The notes below the pieces were generated by a model. That model saw only the letters and a program-made list of their open reading frames with translations. It ran no database searches and was not told the origin of the DNA. DNA of 64,000 bases, taken from NCBI GenBank assembly GCA_044222185.1, contig JBGANV010000006.1:64001-128000 (forward strand). Direction: 5' to 3'. Origin of the DNA: Planctomycetota bacterium. GTDB lineage: Bacteria; Planctomycetota; GCA-002687715; CAIWVZ01. The position numbers were made by a program, and so were the translations under genes. Shown here in pieces: positions 9,394 through 19,411 of this stretch; position 1 is the first letter of the stretch, and the number at the start of each line of letters is the position of its first letter.

Positions 9394-12003
9394 TCACGGC
9401 ACGACGACACGCGTGACGGGTGAGTAGCACCCGAGCACGGCGTTGGTCACGTCCGCCGTGACGGCCTCGATCGTGGTTCCGGGCTGCACGACGTATGGCC
9501 CAAAGGTCATGTTCGGCCACGTCGCCGCGAAGTGGTAGGGCGGCACGTCGATGGGAATGGCGATCTGCGCCAGCAGGTCGGCGGGGTCGCTGAAGCACAA
9601 CCCGAGCCACGGGCCACTGCCGAGCGGTGCGCACGGTTCCATGCTGCAGAGCCCGAGGTACTCGTGACCGGGCCGCATTCTCCGGTCTCGCACCGTGACT
9701 CCCGCGGAGCTGACGGTGAAGGCGACGGCGGGGCGGGGGAGGCCCCAACGGGCGATCTGGTCCGACGCCACACCGCCGGCTGTCGCGAATCCGCCGCCGA
9801 CGTAGAGCACCGGGCCTGCGCCGTCGTCGAAGGCGCCGAACGACGTCACCCGCACGCCACCGGCAGACGGGAGCCCCGGCCCGTCGATTCCGCTTCCGAG
9901 AGGAGACCATGACGACCCGTTCCAGCGGGCGATGCGGTGTGCCGCGATGCCACCGATGGCGGCAAAGTCACCTCCGGCATAGAGCGCCATTCCCGTTCCG
10001 TCGTCGAACGTCGTCAGCGCCTGAACGAACGGAGTCGTCGGTCCTCCGGCGGCGGCCAACCAGGAGGCGGTCGCGCCGCGGAGTTGCAGGATCGCACCGG
10101 GCGGCGTCGCCGTCGCGGGCGGTCCGGCGGCGTACAGGGCTGGTCCTATCGCGTCGGTGTAGGTTGCGAGGCTCGTGATGGTCGCCAGTGCCGCCGTCGA
10201 TGTGGTCGCGACGGGTTGCCAGGTTGGGCCGGCCAATCTCCAGAGGCCCGCACTCGCGGCCGTGGCGCCGCCGGCATAGAGCGCCGGGCCGGAGCCTGCG
10301 TTCGAGAAGCCGAGAGCTTCGACGGTGTTCAGCGCCACGATGCCCGAACCACCCGTGGCGCTCCACGCGGAGCCGTTCCAGATCGCCACGCGCGCACTCG
10401 GGACCCCTCCGGCGGAGCTGAAGGGGCCGCCGACTACCAGGAGTGGCGGTGTCGGTGGAACATCGAGCGCCATCAATGCGCGACAGGTTCCCACGAGACC
10501 CGATCCGAGCGCTGCCCAACTCGTCCCGTTCCAACGTGCGATGTTCTGCGCGGGTACGCCGCCGGCGCTCGTGAACGTTCCACCGAGGTAGAGACCACGC
10601 GCCGGTCCGGTGTGGATCGCGGCCAGTGCATTGGTCTCGCCGAAAGTGAACCCGCCGACCGCGGACCAGGACGTTCCGTTCCACCTCACGACTCCCCGGT
10701 GGTACACGCCCGACGTCGCCACCGACATGGCGGCATAGAGCGCTGGGCCGGACCCATCGTCGAACATCACCATGGCCGCCGGGCCGTTGCTCCAACAACC
10801 ATCGCCGTCCGGCATCGGTGACCACGTCGTGCCGTGGAGTCGCGCGACGCCCGACATTCCGGCGCCATTCAGCTCGGCGAACTCTCCGACCCCGACGAGC
10901 CCCGGACCGTCCGGCCCCGTGGACTCGGTGAGGTCATAGACCTGGCCGATGGCGACGGCACCGGCAGGGCTGATGACCGACCACGCGCTGCCGTTCCACG
11001 CGGCGACCTCGGTGAGCGGTCCCCCCGCGATCGTGAACACACCACAGGCGTACAGCTTCGTTCCGCCGCCATCGTTTCGGGCCGCGGCCTTCACGATTTG
11101 GGAGCCCGAGGCCGGATTCCCGATGACCCCGCCCCCGATGGCACTCCAAGCCGAGCCGTTCCATCGCGCGAGGCAGTTGATCGGCTGCGAACCAGCCGTC
11201 GAGAAGACGCCGCCCGCGACGAGAGCGGGCCCGGTGCCATCGTCGTAGACTCCGAGCGAGTAGACGTTGGCGTTGCAGCCGGTGCCGAGCGGGCTCCAAC
11301 TCGTGCCGTTCCATTTCGCGACGTGGGAGTACGCGCCTCCGCCGATCGAATCGAACGTCCCCGCAGCGAAGAGCGCCGGTCCCGTACCGTCGTTGAAGAC
11401 CTCCAGGGCGTAGATCTCACCGTTGATCGTGGCATTCGTCAGCGGACTCCACTGGGAGCCGTTCCATCGCGCGATCCGGTGTGCCGGCACACCGTGGATC
11501 TGACCGAAGGTTCCCGCTGCGTAGAGCTGGGGTCCCGTCCCGGAGTTGAACACTTTCAGCGCGCGAACGGGGAAGTCCCCGCTGCCGCCGGGGATGGACG
11601 ATGGGGCAGACCACTGGGCCCCGTTCCATCGCGCCACTCCGGGCGAGTAGACGCCTCCGGCCGTCTGAAAGTATCCGGCGGCATACAACTGCGTTCCGGA
11701 TCCGGAGTCGTAGGCCGCCAGGGCGTTCACGACATGGTCGGTCCCGGCACCGAGGGGCGCCCAACTCGTACCGGTCCAGCGGGCGACGCGATTGATCTGG
11801 ACGCCGTTGGCGCGAGTGAATGCGCCTCCGACGAACAACGTCGGGCCCTGCCCGATGTCAGCGACCGTGGCGGCATAGGCGGAGCTGTCGAATCCTCGTC
11901 CGGCGAATCCGTCGCTCCAGCCTGGCGCACAGGTCTGGCTCGAGGCCGAGGTGATGGCGAGGACGAGGACGCAGACGACGCTTGCGAATGGTACGCGGCG
12001 CAT
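9394..12003 (-). CDS. Secreted ~14-blade (double) beta-propeller protein
   Basis: Signal peptide; about 14 repeats of DDGxGPALYAGGxF...ARWNGxxWSPLGxG; Cys-containing C-terminal domain. Confidence 0.88.
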   Translation of the reverse strand: MRRVPFASVVCVLVLAITSASSQTCAPGWSDGFAGRGFDSSAYAATVADIGQGPTLFVGGAFTRANGVQINRVARWTGTSWAPLGAGTDHVVNALAAYDSGSGTQLYAAGYFQTAGGVYSPGVARWNGAQWSAPSSIPGGSGDFPVRALKVFNSGTGPQLYAAGTFGQIHGVPAHRIARWNGSQWSPLTNATINGEIYALEVFNDGTGPALFAAGTFDSIGGGAYSHVAKWNGTSWSPLGTGCNANVYSLGVYDDGTGPALVAGGVFSTAGSQPINCLARWNGSAWSAIGGGVIGNPASGSQIVKAAARNDGGGTKLYACGVFTIAGGPLTEVAAWNGSAWSVISPAGAVAIGQVYDLTESTGPDGPGLVGVGEFAELNGAGMSGVARLHGTTWSPMPDGDGCWSNGPAAMVMFDDGSGPALYAAMSVATSGVYHRGVVRWNGTSWSAVGGFTFGETNALAAIHTGPARGLYLGGTFTSAGGVPAQNIARWNGTSWAALGSGLVGTCRALMALDVPPTPPLLVVGGPFSSAGGVPSARVAIWNGSAWSATGGSGIVALNTVEALGFSNAGSGPALYAGGATAASAGLWRLAGPTWQPVATTSTAALATITSLATYTDAIGPALYAAGPPATATPPGAILQLRGATASWLAAAGGPTTPFVQALTTFDDGTGMALYAGGDFAAIGGIAAHRIARWNGSSWSPLGSGIDGPGLPSAGGVRVTSFGAFDDGAGPVLYVGGGFATAGGVASDQIARWGLPRPAVAFTVSSAGVTVRDRRMRPGHEYLGLCSMEPCAPLGSGPWLGLCFSDPADLLAQIAIPIDVPPYHFAATWPNMTFGPYVVQPGTTIEAVTADVTNAVLGCYSPVTRVVVP

Positions 12004-12269
12004 GGGGGGCTCCGCTTTGAGGGCTCGGTGTGGTCGGACGATGGCCGGATTCTACGGGTCGGCTTTCGCGTGTGTGGAAATCGGCGCAGGGCGCGCCGCC
12101 GGTCGCGCCCTCGGTCTGGCCGAGCGGAGGCGACGCTCGTAGCGCATGCGCGCACGTCGTGCTTCCCGCGAGACGGAGAGACGCCATCTCGTCCGGCGAA
12201 TGGGCGCTGCGAAGCCCCACGCGACCCTTCGCGCCTCCGCGGGAACCAGGTCGGGCACTGCGTCGCCGC

Positions 12270-13622
12270 TCACCAGTCGACCTTCCACTTGAAGAGTGCG
12301 ATCGCGAGAACGGCGACTTGGATGATGGCGAGGGAACGGAGCGGTTGGCGGCCTCTACCCGCGACGAGAAGCAGCAACAGTGCCAGCACGCCGGCTCCGA
12401 ACACGGCCCACGCCGCGGGGTTGATCGCCACGACGAACGGCGCTGCGATCGGGTCCGGGCCGTAGCGCCACGCGGGACCGAGCTGGAGCGGAAGGCCGAG
12501 CGAAAGCACCGGCAACAACTGGAGCACGAAGAGGATGACTGCCGCAACCGCGAACCGGGAAGCACCGCCTGCGTCGTGCTCGCCTCCGAGAGCGGCCGTA
12601 GGCGCGGCCAGGCGCGCGAGTCCCCGCCGCAGCCGCCAGGTCGAGCGCGAATCCAACCGTCCGTCGGCCGCGTAGGACACCACGCGGCGATCGAGGCCTT
12701 CGGACGGGAGCAGCTCACCGAGCGTCGCCAGCGCTTCGTCTCGCCGCTCCGCAGGAACGAGGAACAACACGCGTTGCTCTCGCTGGAGCCGCCGGCAAAG
12801 CTCGATCTCCCAGAGCACGTTCGGCCGCAGGTCCACCGCGTCGACGAGGATGGCGTCGACGCGCTCCACCAGGAGTTGCACCACTTGCTGCCAGCACGCA
12901 TCGGACGAGGCGATGGGGAAGGACTTGTTGACAGCGAGACACCAGTTGACGTTGCGCAGCCAGGTGCGATCGAGCGCGGCCGAGAGCCGCGCCACCTGTC
13001 GCGGGCCCCGAATGCGGCGCGCGCGGAACGACAAGAGGGCGAACTGTCCGAGGAGCAGCGGAACGCGCACGTACCAGCGCACGCGAATGTCGGTATCCGC
13101 CAACGTGTAGACGTGCCCGAAGTTGCCGATCTCGGTGCGCACCAGTCGCCGCAGCGGCCGCGTCAGACGTCCCCGGTTGAACGGCCGCAGCAGCAGGAGG
13201 CGGGGCGGGCGGGCCCAGAGCCCGACTACGAAGGCCGAGAGAGGCAGGGTGAGGACGAACGGTAGGAGGTAATGGGCGATGTAGAAGGACGGCATCGCCC
13301 AGAAGTAGATCCCGATGTTGATGTGGCGCACGACGCTCGCGAACCCACGGTTGACCTGGGCTTTGAAACTCTGATCGGACTCGTCGACTGCGGGCGCACC
13401 CGTCCACCCGAGGTACTCGGGCGTCACCGCGACCATCAATGCCAGCAGGAAGGCCAGGAATGGCAGCGCCACCGTCTGGATGCAGATGTTCACGAACGTG
13501 ATGGCCACGGCTACCGTTCGCCGTTGCTGCGCCCGGCGGAGGATGCGCTTTGCGTTCACCGGCACGCTGCGGTTCGCTCGCCTGTGGTCGGTCTCGGGGT
13601 GGGCGCGATCATTCGGCCGCAT
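12270..13622 (-). CDS. Polytopic membrane protein with a central soluble alpha/beta domain
   Basis: N-terminal and C-terminal hydrophobic helices flank LLLLRPF...WQQVVQLLVERVDAILVD...NVLWEI. Start may be GTG at 13559. Confidence 0.7.
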   Translation of the reverse strand: MRPNDRAHPETDHRRANRSVPVNAKRILRRAQQRRTVAVAITFVNICIQTVALPFLAFLLALMVAVTPEYLGWTGAPAVDESDQSFKAQVNRGFASVVRHINIGIYFWAMPSFYIAHYLLPFVLTLPLSAFVVGLWARPPRLLLLRPFNRGRLTRPLRRLVRTEIGNFGHVYTLADTDIRVRWYVRVPLLLGQFALLSFRARRIRGPRQVARLSAALDRTWLRNVNWCLAVNKSFPIASSDACWQQVVQLLVERVDAILVDAVDLRPNVLWEIELCRRLQREQRVLFLVPAERRDEALATLGELLPSEGLDRRVVSYAADGRLDSRSTWRLRRGLARLAAPTAALGGEHDAGGASRFAVAAVILFVLQLLPVLSLGLPLQLGPAWRYGPDPIAAPFVVAINPAAWAVFGAGVLALLLLLVAGRGRQPLRSLAIIQVAVLAIALFKWKVDW

Positions 13623-13638
13623 CGTGTGCGCCGTGAGG

Positions 13639-14202
13639 TCACTCGAAGATCGCGCTGACGTCGACCTCGAACCCCGGGAGCTCGGCGCCGCCGTCGAGAG
13701 TGTCGTCCTCGGTGAGCACGCGCTCGTGGCGCGGTTTGGTGTGAACGGTGACGGTGCGGGCCTCGGGGTCGACGATCCACACCTGCTTCGAGCCGGAGGC
13801 GAGGTACTCGCGGACCTTGGCGTTCATCTCGCGTTTCGTGTTCGAGGGTGACAGCACCTCGATGGCGATGGTGGGGGAGCCCTCGATGAATGCCGAGTTC
13901 AAGGCCTTGGAATCGAGGATGGCGCTGAGGAACGAGATGTCGGGACCCCGCACCGTGTCGGGATCGCGTTGCGTGACGAACCCGCTGTCGGCGAGCACGC
14001 GGCCGAGCTTGCGCGACCTGACGAAGTTGCCGATGAGTCGGATCAGCTCCGCGACCACCGCGCCATGTGGTCTCCTCGGACGCGGCATGACGACGACCTT
14101 CCCCCGGACCAGCTCGCACGGTTCGTCGATCTCCAGATCAGCGAACTGTTCCGCTGACATCGGACGAAGGCGTTTCATGCGATCGATGAGTGTCTGGTCC
14201 AC
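13639..14202 (-). CDS. Uma2 (DUF820) family PD-(D/E)xK endonuclease-like protein
   Basis: ELVRGKVVVMP...HG, VRGPDISF, PTIAIEVLSPS, KVREYLASG...VWIVDP, LPGF. GTG start has GGAG upstream. Confidence 0.92.
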   Translation of the reverse strand: MDQTLIDRMKRLRPMSAEQFADLEIDEPCELVRGKVVVMPRPRRPHGAVVAELIRLIGNFVRSRKLGRVLADSGFVTQRDPDTVRGPDISFLSAILDSKALNSAFIEGSPTIAIEVLSPSNTKREMNAKVREYLASGSKQVWIVDPEARTVTVHTKPRHERVLTEDDTLDGGAELPGFEVDVSAIFE

Positions 14203-14401
14203 GTCACGGCTCCGGGAGTTGATGGCGCGATGTTGGCGCAGGGTCCGTCGATGAGTCAAGCGAGACGTTTCTCCTTCGCGAGAAAAGTTGCTGGTGTGCG
14301 CGTCAGAAAGGCCTGCAGGTCGAAGGCGCGTTCTACGAGGCTCGTGGAGAACCCGTTTTCCTCGGGAGGTCGAGCCGCGTGCTCGGCCGTCCGTGGCGTC
14401 T

Positions 14402-15337
14402 TCATCGTGCAAGAACCGCACCCACGAGAAGGCTCGGTCCCACGAGCAGGTTCCAGCGATAGAAGTCGCCGGCGAGGCCGCGAGCGTCGTCCGTGCGGGT
14501 GTGGAGATGCGCAATCACGAGGCACGTCGTCGCGAGTGCGGGGCCGATCAGGAAGCCAGGTTTCAGCGACCCCAGCGGGAGGGCGGCGACGAACGCGGCG
14601 ATCGCGAGTGCGTGGCAGACCCGTGAGACCGCCGCCACCGTCGGCGCGGCAAACGCCATGGGCCGCTCGAACGCGCCGGGATCCCCAAGTTGCCGCAGCC
14701 GCGGCTGCAGACTGAAGAGCATGTCGAAGCCGGCGGCCCAGAGCATGGTCCCGATACCGATGGCCGTCGGCGCGAGGACGTCCGCATCGATCGTTCCTCG
14801 CAGTGCGAGGAACGCACCGATGGGGCTGACGCCCAGTCCAAGTCCCAGGAGGAAGTGCGCGACGCCCGTCCGCGCGCGCACGGTCGCGTACAGGAGCAGG
14901 AGTCCGACGACGCCGATCGACAACTTCCCCGTGAGCTCGTTCTGCATCCAGGCGACGAACACGAAGACCAACGCCGCGTGGATGGCGAACGCGAGCCAGA
15001 TCGCGCGCGGCGTGGAGTCGAGCTTCTTCTGCTCGCGCCGCGTGCGCGGATTGATGACGTCTTCCGGCGCGCCGAAGTACCGCAGGAGGCTGACGGCCAG
15101 CGCGCGCCCGAAGAGTACTGAGATCAGGATCAGTACGGTCTCACCCAGCGTCGGCCACGGCGGGCGCGCGATCAGGACGCCGATCACCGGGAACGGTGCC
15201 GCGTGCAGCGTCCGCGCCACGTGAACGCGGCGATGGACCGCACTGACGATCCGCCGCACGCGTTCGAGCCAGAACGGGATCTCGGGCGGAGCGAGTCGTG
15301 TCGATGACGTCGACTCGTCGCCGCCCCCCGACGTCAC
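14402..15337 (-). CDS. UbiA/MqnP-like membrane prenyltransferase homolog with degenerate Asp motifs
   Basis: DVINPRTRRE, AHFLLGLGLGVSPIGAFLA, LWAAGFDMLFSLQ; about 8 TM helices; GTGA overlap with the S9 peptidase stop. Confidence 0.8.
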   Translation of the reverse strand: MTSGGGDESTSSTRLAPPEIPFWLERVRRIVSAVHRRVHVARTLHAAPFPVIGVLIARPPWPTLGETVLILISVLFGRALAVSLLRYFGAPEDVINPRTRREQKKLDSTPRAIWLAFAIHAALVFVFVAWMQNELTGKLSIGVVGLLLLYATVRARTGVAHFLLGLGLGVSPIGAFLALRGTIDADVLAPTAIGIGTMLWAAGFDMLFSLQPRLRQLGDPGAFERPMAFAAPTVAAVSRVCHALAIAAFVAALPLGSLKPGFLIGPALATTCLVIAHLHTRTDDARGLAGDFYRWNLLVGPSLLVGAVLAR

Positions 15338-17370
15338 TTCGTCTTGAGCCACTGATCGAACCACTCGAGAACCGTCTTGTTCCACAGCTGGCCGTTCTTC
15401 GGCTTGAGCACCCAGTGACCCTCGTCAGGGTAGTAGAGGAACTTGGACGGGATGCCCTTGCGTTGCAGCGCCGTGAACAGCTCCAGACCCTGACTCACGG
15501 GCACGCGGTAGTCGAGCTCGCCATGCACGACCAGCGTCGGCGTCTTGAACGCGGCGACGAACTGGTTCGGCGACCACTTGCGGTACAGCTCGGGGTTCTC
15601 CCACGGCGGACCCTTGAACTCCCACTCGGCGAACCAGACTTCCTCCGTCGTCCCGTACATCGCCTCCAGGTTGTAGACGCCGGCGTGGGACACGAGCGCC
15701 TTGAACCGGTGATCGTGGCCCAGAAGCCAGTTCACCATGTATCCGCCGTAGGACCCGCCGGCTGCGCCCAGCCGATTCGCGTCGATGTACCCCGTGGCGA
15801 TCATGGCGTCGAGGCCGCGCTCGATGTCCTCGTAGACCGCGCCGCCCCAGTCGCCGGAGATCTGCTCGCAGAACGGATGGCCGAAGCCCGTCGAGCCGTG
15901 CGGATTGGGCGCGAAGACCACGTAGCCCTGCGCGGCGTAGATGGCCGGGTTCCAGCGGGTAGACCACGCATCCATCCACGCACCCTGGGGTCCGCCGTGG
16001 ATGAACGCCAGCATGGGCCACAACTTCGTGGCGTCGAAGTTCGGCGGATAGATCACCCACCCCTGGATCGATTCGTTGCCGGCACCGCGCCACGTGACCG
16101 GGGCCCGCGTCGGCATGGCGCGACTCTTCGTGAGTGCGAGACCGTGGGACGTCAGCCGCGCGAAGTCCTGTGTCTCCGTGTTGAAGCGGAACAGGTCCGG
16201 CGGATTGACGAGGGTCGCGTGCACGACGACCGCCGTCTTGGCATCGGCAGTCAGTGACGCCGAGTACGAGTTCGGGCCGCTCCACACCTTCTCGATCTTG
16301 TCCGAGTTCGGTTTCACCTCGAACCATGCGTGTGACCCGCCCTCCTCGGTCGAGACCAGGAGGTTGCCGTTGGGGAGCCAGAGGATCTCGTCGACGCCGT
16401 CTTCGAGCGCGGTCGCCGTGCGGCGCGTCGTTCCATCCTCGACCTTCAGCAGCATCAGCCGGAAGAGGTCGCTCTCGTAGCCGCCGCGCGCCTGCGAGCG
16501 ATACGCGACCCACTTGCCGTCGGGCGAAGGCACTGGCGAGCCATCCCAACCCAGGTTGTTCGCCGTGAGGCACTTCACCGGGCCGCCCTCCGCGGGAACG
16601 GCGCACAAGTCGGCATTCGTGCTCCAGGCTTCCGCCGGCGGTGCCGCGCCGCGCGTGAAGTAGATCAGCTTGGAATCGGGGCTGAAGGCATAGTCGGACG
16701 GCCCGCCGAGGTTGAACGGCGGCGCTTCGCGATCCTCCTTCGTCACCTGGGTGACCGCGCCGTCGGCGACGTTCGCCACGAAGATCTGCGACCGCTTGCC
16801 GTCGCGGAACGCGTTCCAGTGGCGGAAGAGGAGGCCCGTGAAGATCTGCGCCTTCACGCCGCTCTTCTCGCGACGCTCGTCCTCGGCCTTCTGCGCGGCG
16901 TCGCCTTCGATGGCCGGGTAGACGTCGGCGGCGAATGCGAGCTTCTTGCCGTCTGGCGCCCACACGATTCCCGACGCGCCCGTCGACACGGAGGTCACGG
17001 TGCGGATCTCGCTCCCGTCGGGCTTCATCACGTGGATCTGGGGCAGTCCGTCCTTCTTCGTGACGAAGGCGACGAGCTGCCCGTCAGGCGACCACCGCGG
17101 CTCGGTCTCGCCCGTGCCCTTCGTGATCTGGCGCGGCTCGCCGCCGGCCATGGGCACCATCCAGATGTGGTTGACGACCTTGTTCGTCTCGAAGGACGCT
17201 TCGCCGACGGTGTAGAGCACGGACTTCCCGTCGGGGGAGACCTGCGGGTCGTTCACCCGAGGCGCCGTGATCACGTCATCGGCCGTGAGAGTCGGCTTGG
17301 TCGTTCCCTGCGCGGCGAGCGTGCCGCACACGAGAAGCGCCGTGAGCGCACTGGCGAGCTTGCGGTTCAT
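15334..17370 (-). CDS. Secreted S9 family prolyl oligopeptidase / dipeptidyl aminopeptidase
   Basis: Signal LAA|Q; PD40-type WSPDG repeats; IHGGPQ, GGSYGG nucleophile, HGELDYRV, PDEGHW. Confidence 0.95.
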   Translation of the reverse strand: MNRKLASALTALLVCGTLAAQGTTKPTLTADDVITAPRVNDPQVSPDGKSVLYTVGEASFETNKVVNHIWMVPMAGGEPRQITKGTGETEPRWSPDGQLVAFVTKKDGLPQIHVMKPDGSEIRTVTSVSTGASGIVWAPDGKKLAFAADVYPAIEGDAAQKAEDERREKSGVKAQIFTGLLFRHWNAFRDGKRSQIFVANVADGAVTQVTKEDREAPPFNLGGPSDYAFSPDSKLIYFTRGAAPPAEAWSTNADLCAVPAEGGPVKCLTANNLGWDGSPVPSPDGKWVAYRSQARGGYESDLFRLMLLKVEDGTTRRTATALEDGVDEILWLPNGNLLVSTEEGGSHAWFEVKPNSDKIEKVWSGPNSYSASLTADAKTAVVVHATLVNPPDLFRFNTETQDFARLTSHGLALTKSRAMPTRAPVTWRGAGNESIQGWVIYPPNFDATKLWPMLAFIHGGPQGAWMDAWSTRWNPAIYAAQGYVVFAPNPHGSTGFGHPFCEQISGDWGGAVYEDIERGLDAMIATGYIDANRLGAAGGSYGGYMVNWLLGHDHRFKALVSHAGVYNLEAMYGTTEEVWFAEWEFKGPPWENPELYRKWSPNQFVAAFKTPTLVVHGELDYRVPVSQGLELFTALQRKGIPSKFLYYPDEGHWVLKPKNGQLWNKTVLEWFDQWLKTK

Positions 17371-17410
17371 TCTGATCCATCTCCTCGATTGAGGCGAAGA
17401 TCATATCCGC

Positions 17411-19411
17411 TCACTGCGAGTAGATGGTGGCGGTCGCGATGCCGAAGATGTCGAAGAACCCCGTTCGCCGAGCCGCGAACGAGAGGCTCACGACTTCGGG
17501 GAACGACGCAGGAATCCCCATGAGGAAGGCGCCGTGGCGGTCGATGCCCGGAATGGCGAGCGTCATCGCCTCGCCGGAAGGGCCATGCAACGTGACCGTG
17601 CCAGGGTTGTTGTGGGGCGGGCTCGTCTGCGTCGTCGTGAGTACCAAGAGGCGATTGCGACCTCCGACGACGGGTGGGGCGAACTCGTAGACGAACGGGG
17701 CGGGCCAGCGATCGTCGGTGGCTTCCGCTTCTGCCGCGGCCTGCGGACGATCCCGCCTCGTTCCCTCCCGCCTCGAGGCGGGGTCGACGTCCGTCGTGAA
17801 CTCGACGCCTTTCAGGTTGAGACCAGCCTCGCCACCATCGGTCCGGATCGCCACCCGGAGCTTGGGATCGGGCTCCGTACAGAGGATCGGCAGGACGACG
17901 TCGGCCTGCCCCGGCTTCCATTGCGTCGTGTAGGAGATGGTCTCGGTGCTGATGACCACGTCGATCGGTTTTCCGGACACGTTGCCGCGCAGCCGCAGGC
18001 CGATGGAGCCGTCGGGAGAGAACGCGACGTTGTTCGCGTCGATCCAGCCGGTGAGAGAGCGCGTGCTGATCGTGTGTTTGCCGACTTTCAGCGGGCACGT
18101 CTTCGCGAAAGCCACCTCCGTCTCGGGTCCGAGAATGGTGCCGAGCGGCGTCACGCGCTTCGGCGCCAGCTCCGCGAACACGTTGCCGATGTTGCGCAGC
18201 GGAAACTGCACGCAGAGCACGTCGTGCATCTGCATCTCCCACACGACGGTCTGCGGCAACCGGGCGGGCCGCGATTCCACGGGCAGCGACGTCGACGGAC
18301 CGCTGTCCGTCTTGTCCTTGCCGCGCACGTAACTCGACACGAGGCGGCGCAGCGGATCCACGGAGCCCGCGCCGGGCCATGCGTGCATCTCGAGCCCTTC
18401 GTTCGTGAAGTGGCGGATGTACTTCGGAAACCGTGTGTTCGCCGTGAAGCTCGTTCCGGAGATCGCGATCGTGGGCGGCTTCTTGGAGTCGCCGGCCTTG
18501 GCGAGCAACTTGCCGCCCTTGCCCTTCCACTTCACGTCGAAGCGCTTGGACTCCCGCCTGGGAATCCACTCGAGCGCCGGGGAGTCGGGCGCGATGCCGA
18601 TCATCTTCACGATGTCGCCGGGATCGGGCTTCATGTCGAGGAACTTGATCTCCGTGTCCCGTTCGGACTCGGGCTTCCACAGCCCGGCGACGCGTGCAAC
18701 TTCTTCGGCGGCGACGAGCTGCCCGTCGTCGTTCCAGTGGCTGTCGTAGACGTAGTAGAGGACGCGGTCGGACGCCTTCGCGAAGGCCGTGCGCAGGTCC
18801 GCGAACGTGACGCCGGCGCGGGCCAGTCCGTCGGTGAGGATCGGGTACAGATCGCGGCGGGGATCGAACCCGCGGGGAAGGTGCTCGGGGTAGACCTCGG
18901 ACTTGCGGGGGATCGGAGCGAGAATCAACTTCACGCCGTTCGACGCGAAGCGCCGATTCACCGCCGAGATCATGGAAATCGCGGGAAGCACCGTTTCCGT
19001 CGCGGGACGGCTCAACAGGTCGACGCGCTCGCCGAGGTAGACCCAGCCGTCGCGCCCGACGCGGGCCTCCGACTTCGCCTCACCGAACTGGAGGAAGAGG
19101 AACGCCGCGTAGTAGGAGATGAAGCTCCGCCGCACGCGCGACGTGAAGCGCAGGTCGCGCTCGATCACCTTGCACTTGGTCCCGTCGAGCCAGCTCACGG
19201 TCTTGCGCAGTTCGTCCTCGCGAGCCTTCTCCTGCCCCAGGAGCTTGGGCGCCGGCACGGGCCATCCCATGTCGATGACGAGCGTCGACGAGATGAAGAG
19301 GCAGAAGAAGACCGTCAGCACGACGGAGATCCCCTTGCGCACGGCGGAGGGCGGCGTGACGCTCTGGGGCTCGCCGCCGGCCGACGGCACGTCAGAGGAC
19401 GGAGCCGACAT
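17411..19411 (-). CDS. AlgX/AlgJ-like (SGNH) polysaccharide O-acetyltransferase with C-terminal extension
   Basis: N-terminal TM helix; VGRDGWVYL, PIPRKSEVYPEHLP, YYVYDSHWNDDG, ISGTSFT, PQTVVWE. Confidence 0.85.
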   Translation of the reverse strand: MSAPSSDVPSAGGEPQSVTPPSAVRKGISVVLTVFFCLFISSTLVIDMGWPVPAPKLLGQEKAREDELRKTVSWLDGTKCKVIERDLRFTSRVRRSFISYYAAFLFLQFGEAKSEARVGRDGWVYLGERVDLLSRPATETVLPAISMISAVNRRFASNGVKLILAPIPRKSEVYPEHLPRGFDPRRDLYPILTDGLARAGVTFADLRTAFAKASDRVLYYVYDSHWNDDGQLVAAEEVARVAGLWKPESERDTEIKFLDMKPDPGDIVKMIGIAPDSPALEWIPRRESKRFDVKWKGKGGKLLAKAGDSKKPPTIAISGTSFTANTRFPKYIRHFTNEGLEMHAWPGAGSVDPLRRLVSSYVRGKDKTDSGPSTSLPVESRPARLPQTVVWEMQMHDVLCVQFPLRNIGNVFAELAPKRVTPLGTILGPETEVAFAKTCPLKVGKHTISTRSLTGWIDANNVAFSPDGSIGLRLRGNVSGKPIDVVISTETISYTTQWKPGQADVVLPILCTEPDPKLRVAIRTDGGEAGLNLKGVEFTTDVDPASRREGTRRDRPQAAAEAEATDDRWPAPFVYEFAPPVVGGRNRLLVLTTTQTSPPHNNPGTVTLHGPSGEAMTLAIPGIDRHGAFLMGIPASFPEVVSLSFAARRTGFFDIFGIATATIYSQ

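Noticed and set aside
9750-11900. Recurring CCGTTCCA-type DNA motif at ~150-170 nt spacing, superficially CRISPR-like
   Set aside because: It is the coding signature of the WNG propeller repeats; copies are degenerate at third codon positions and no cas genes are present.
13639-14202. Uma2 nuclease as a mobile element or restriction system
   Set aside because: No transposase, inverted repeats, methyltransferase or target-site duplication nearby.
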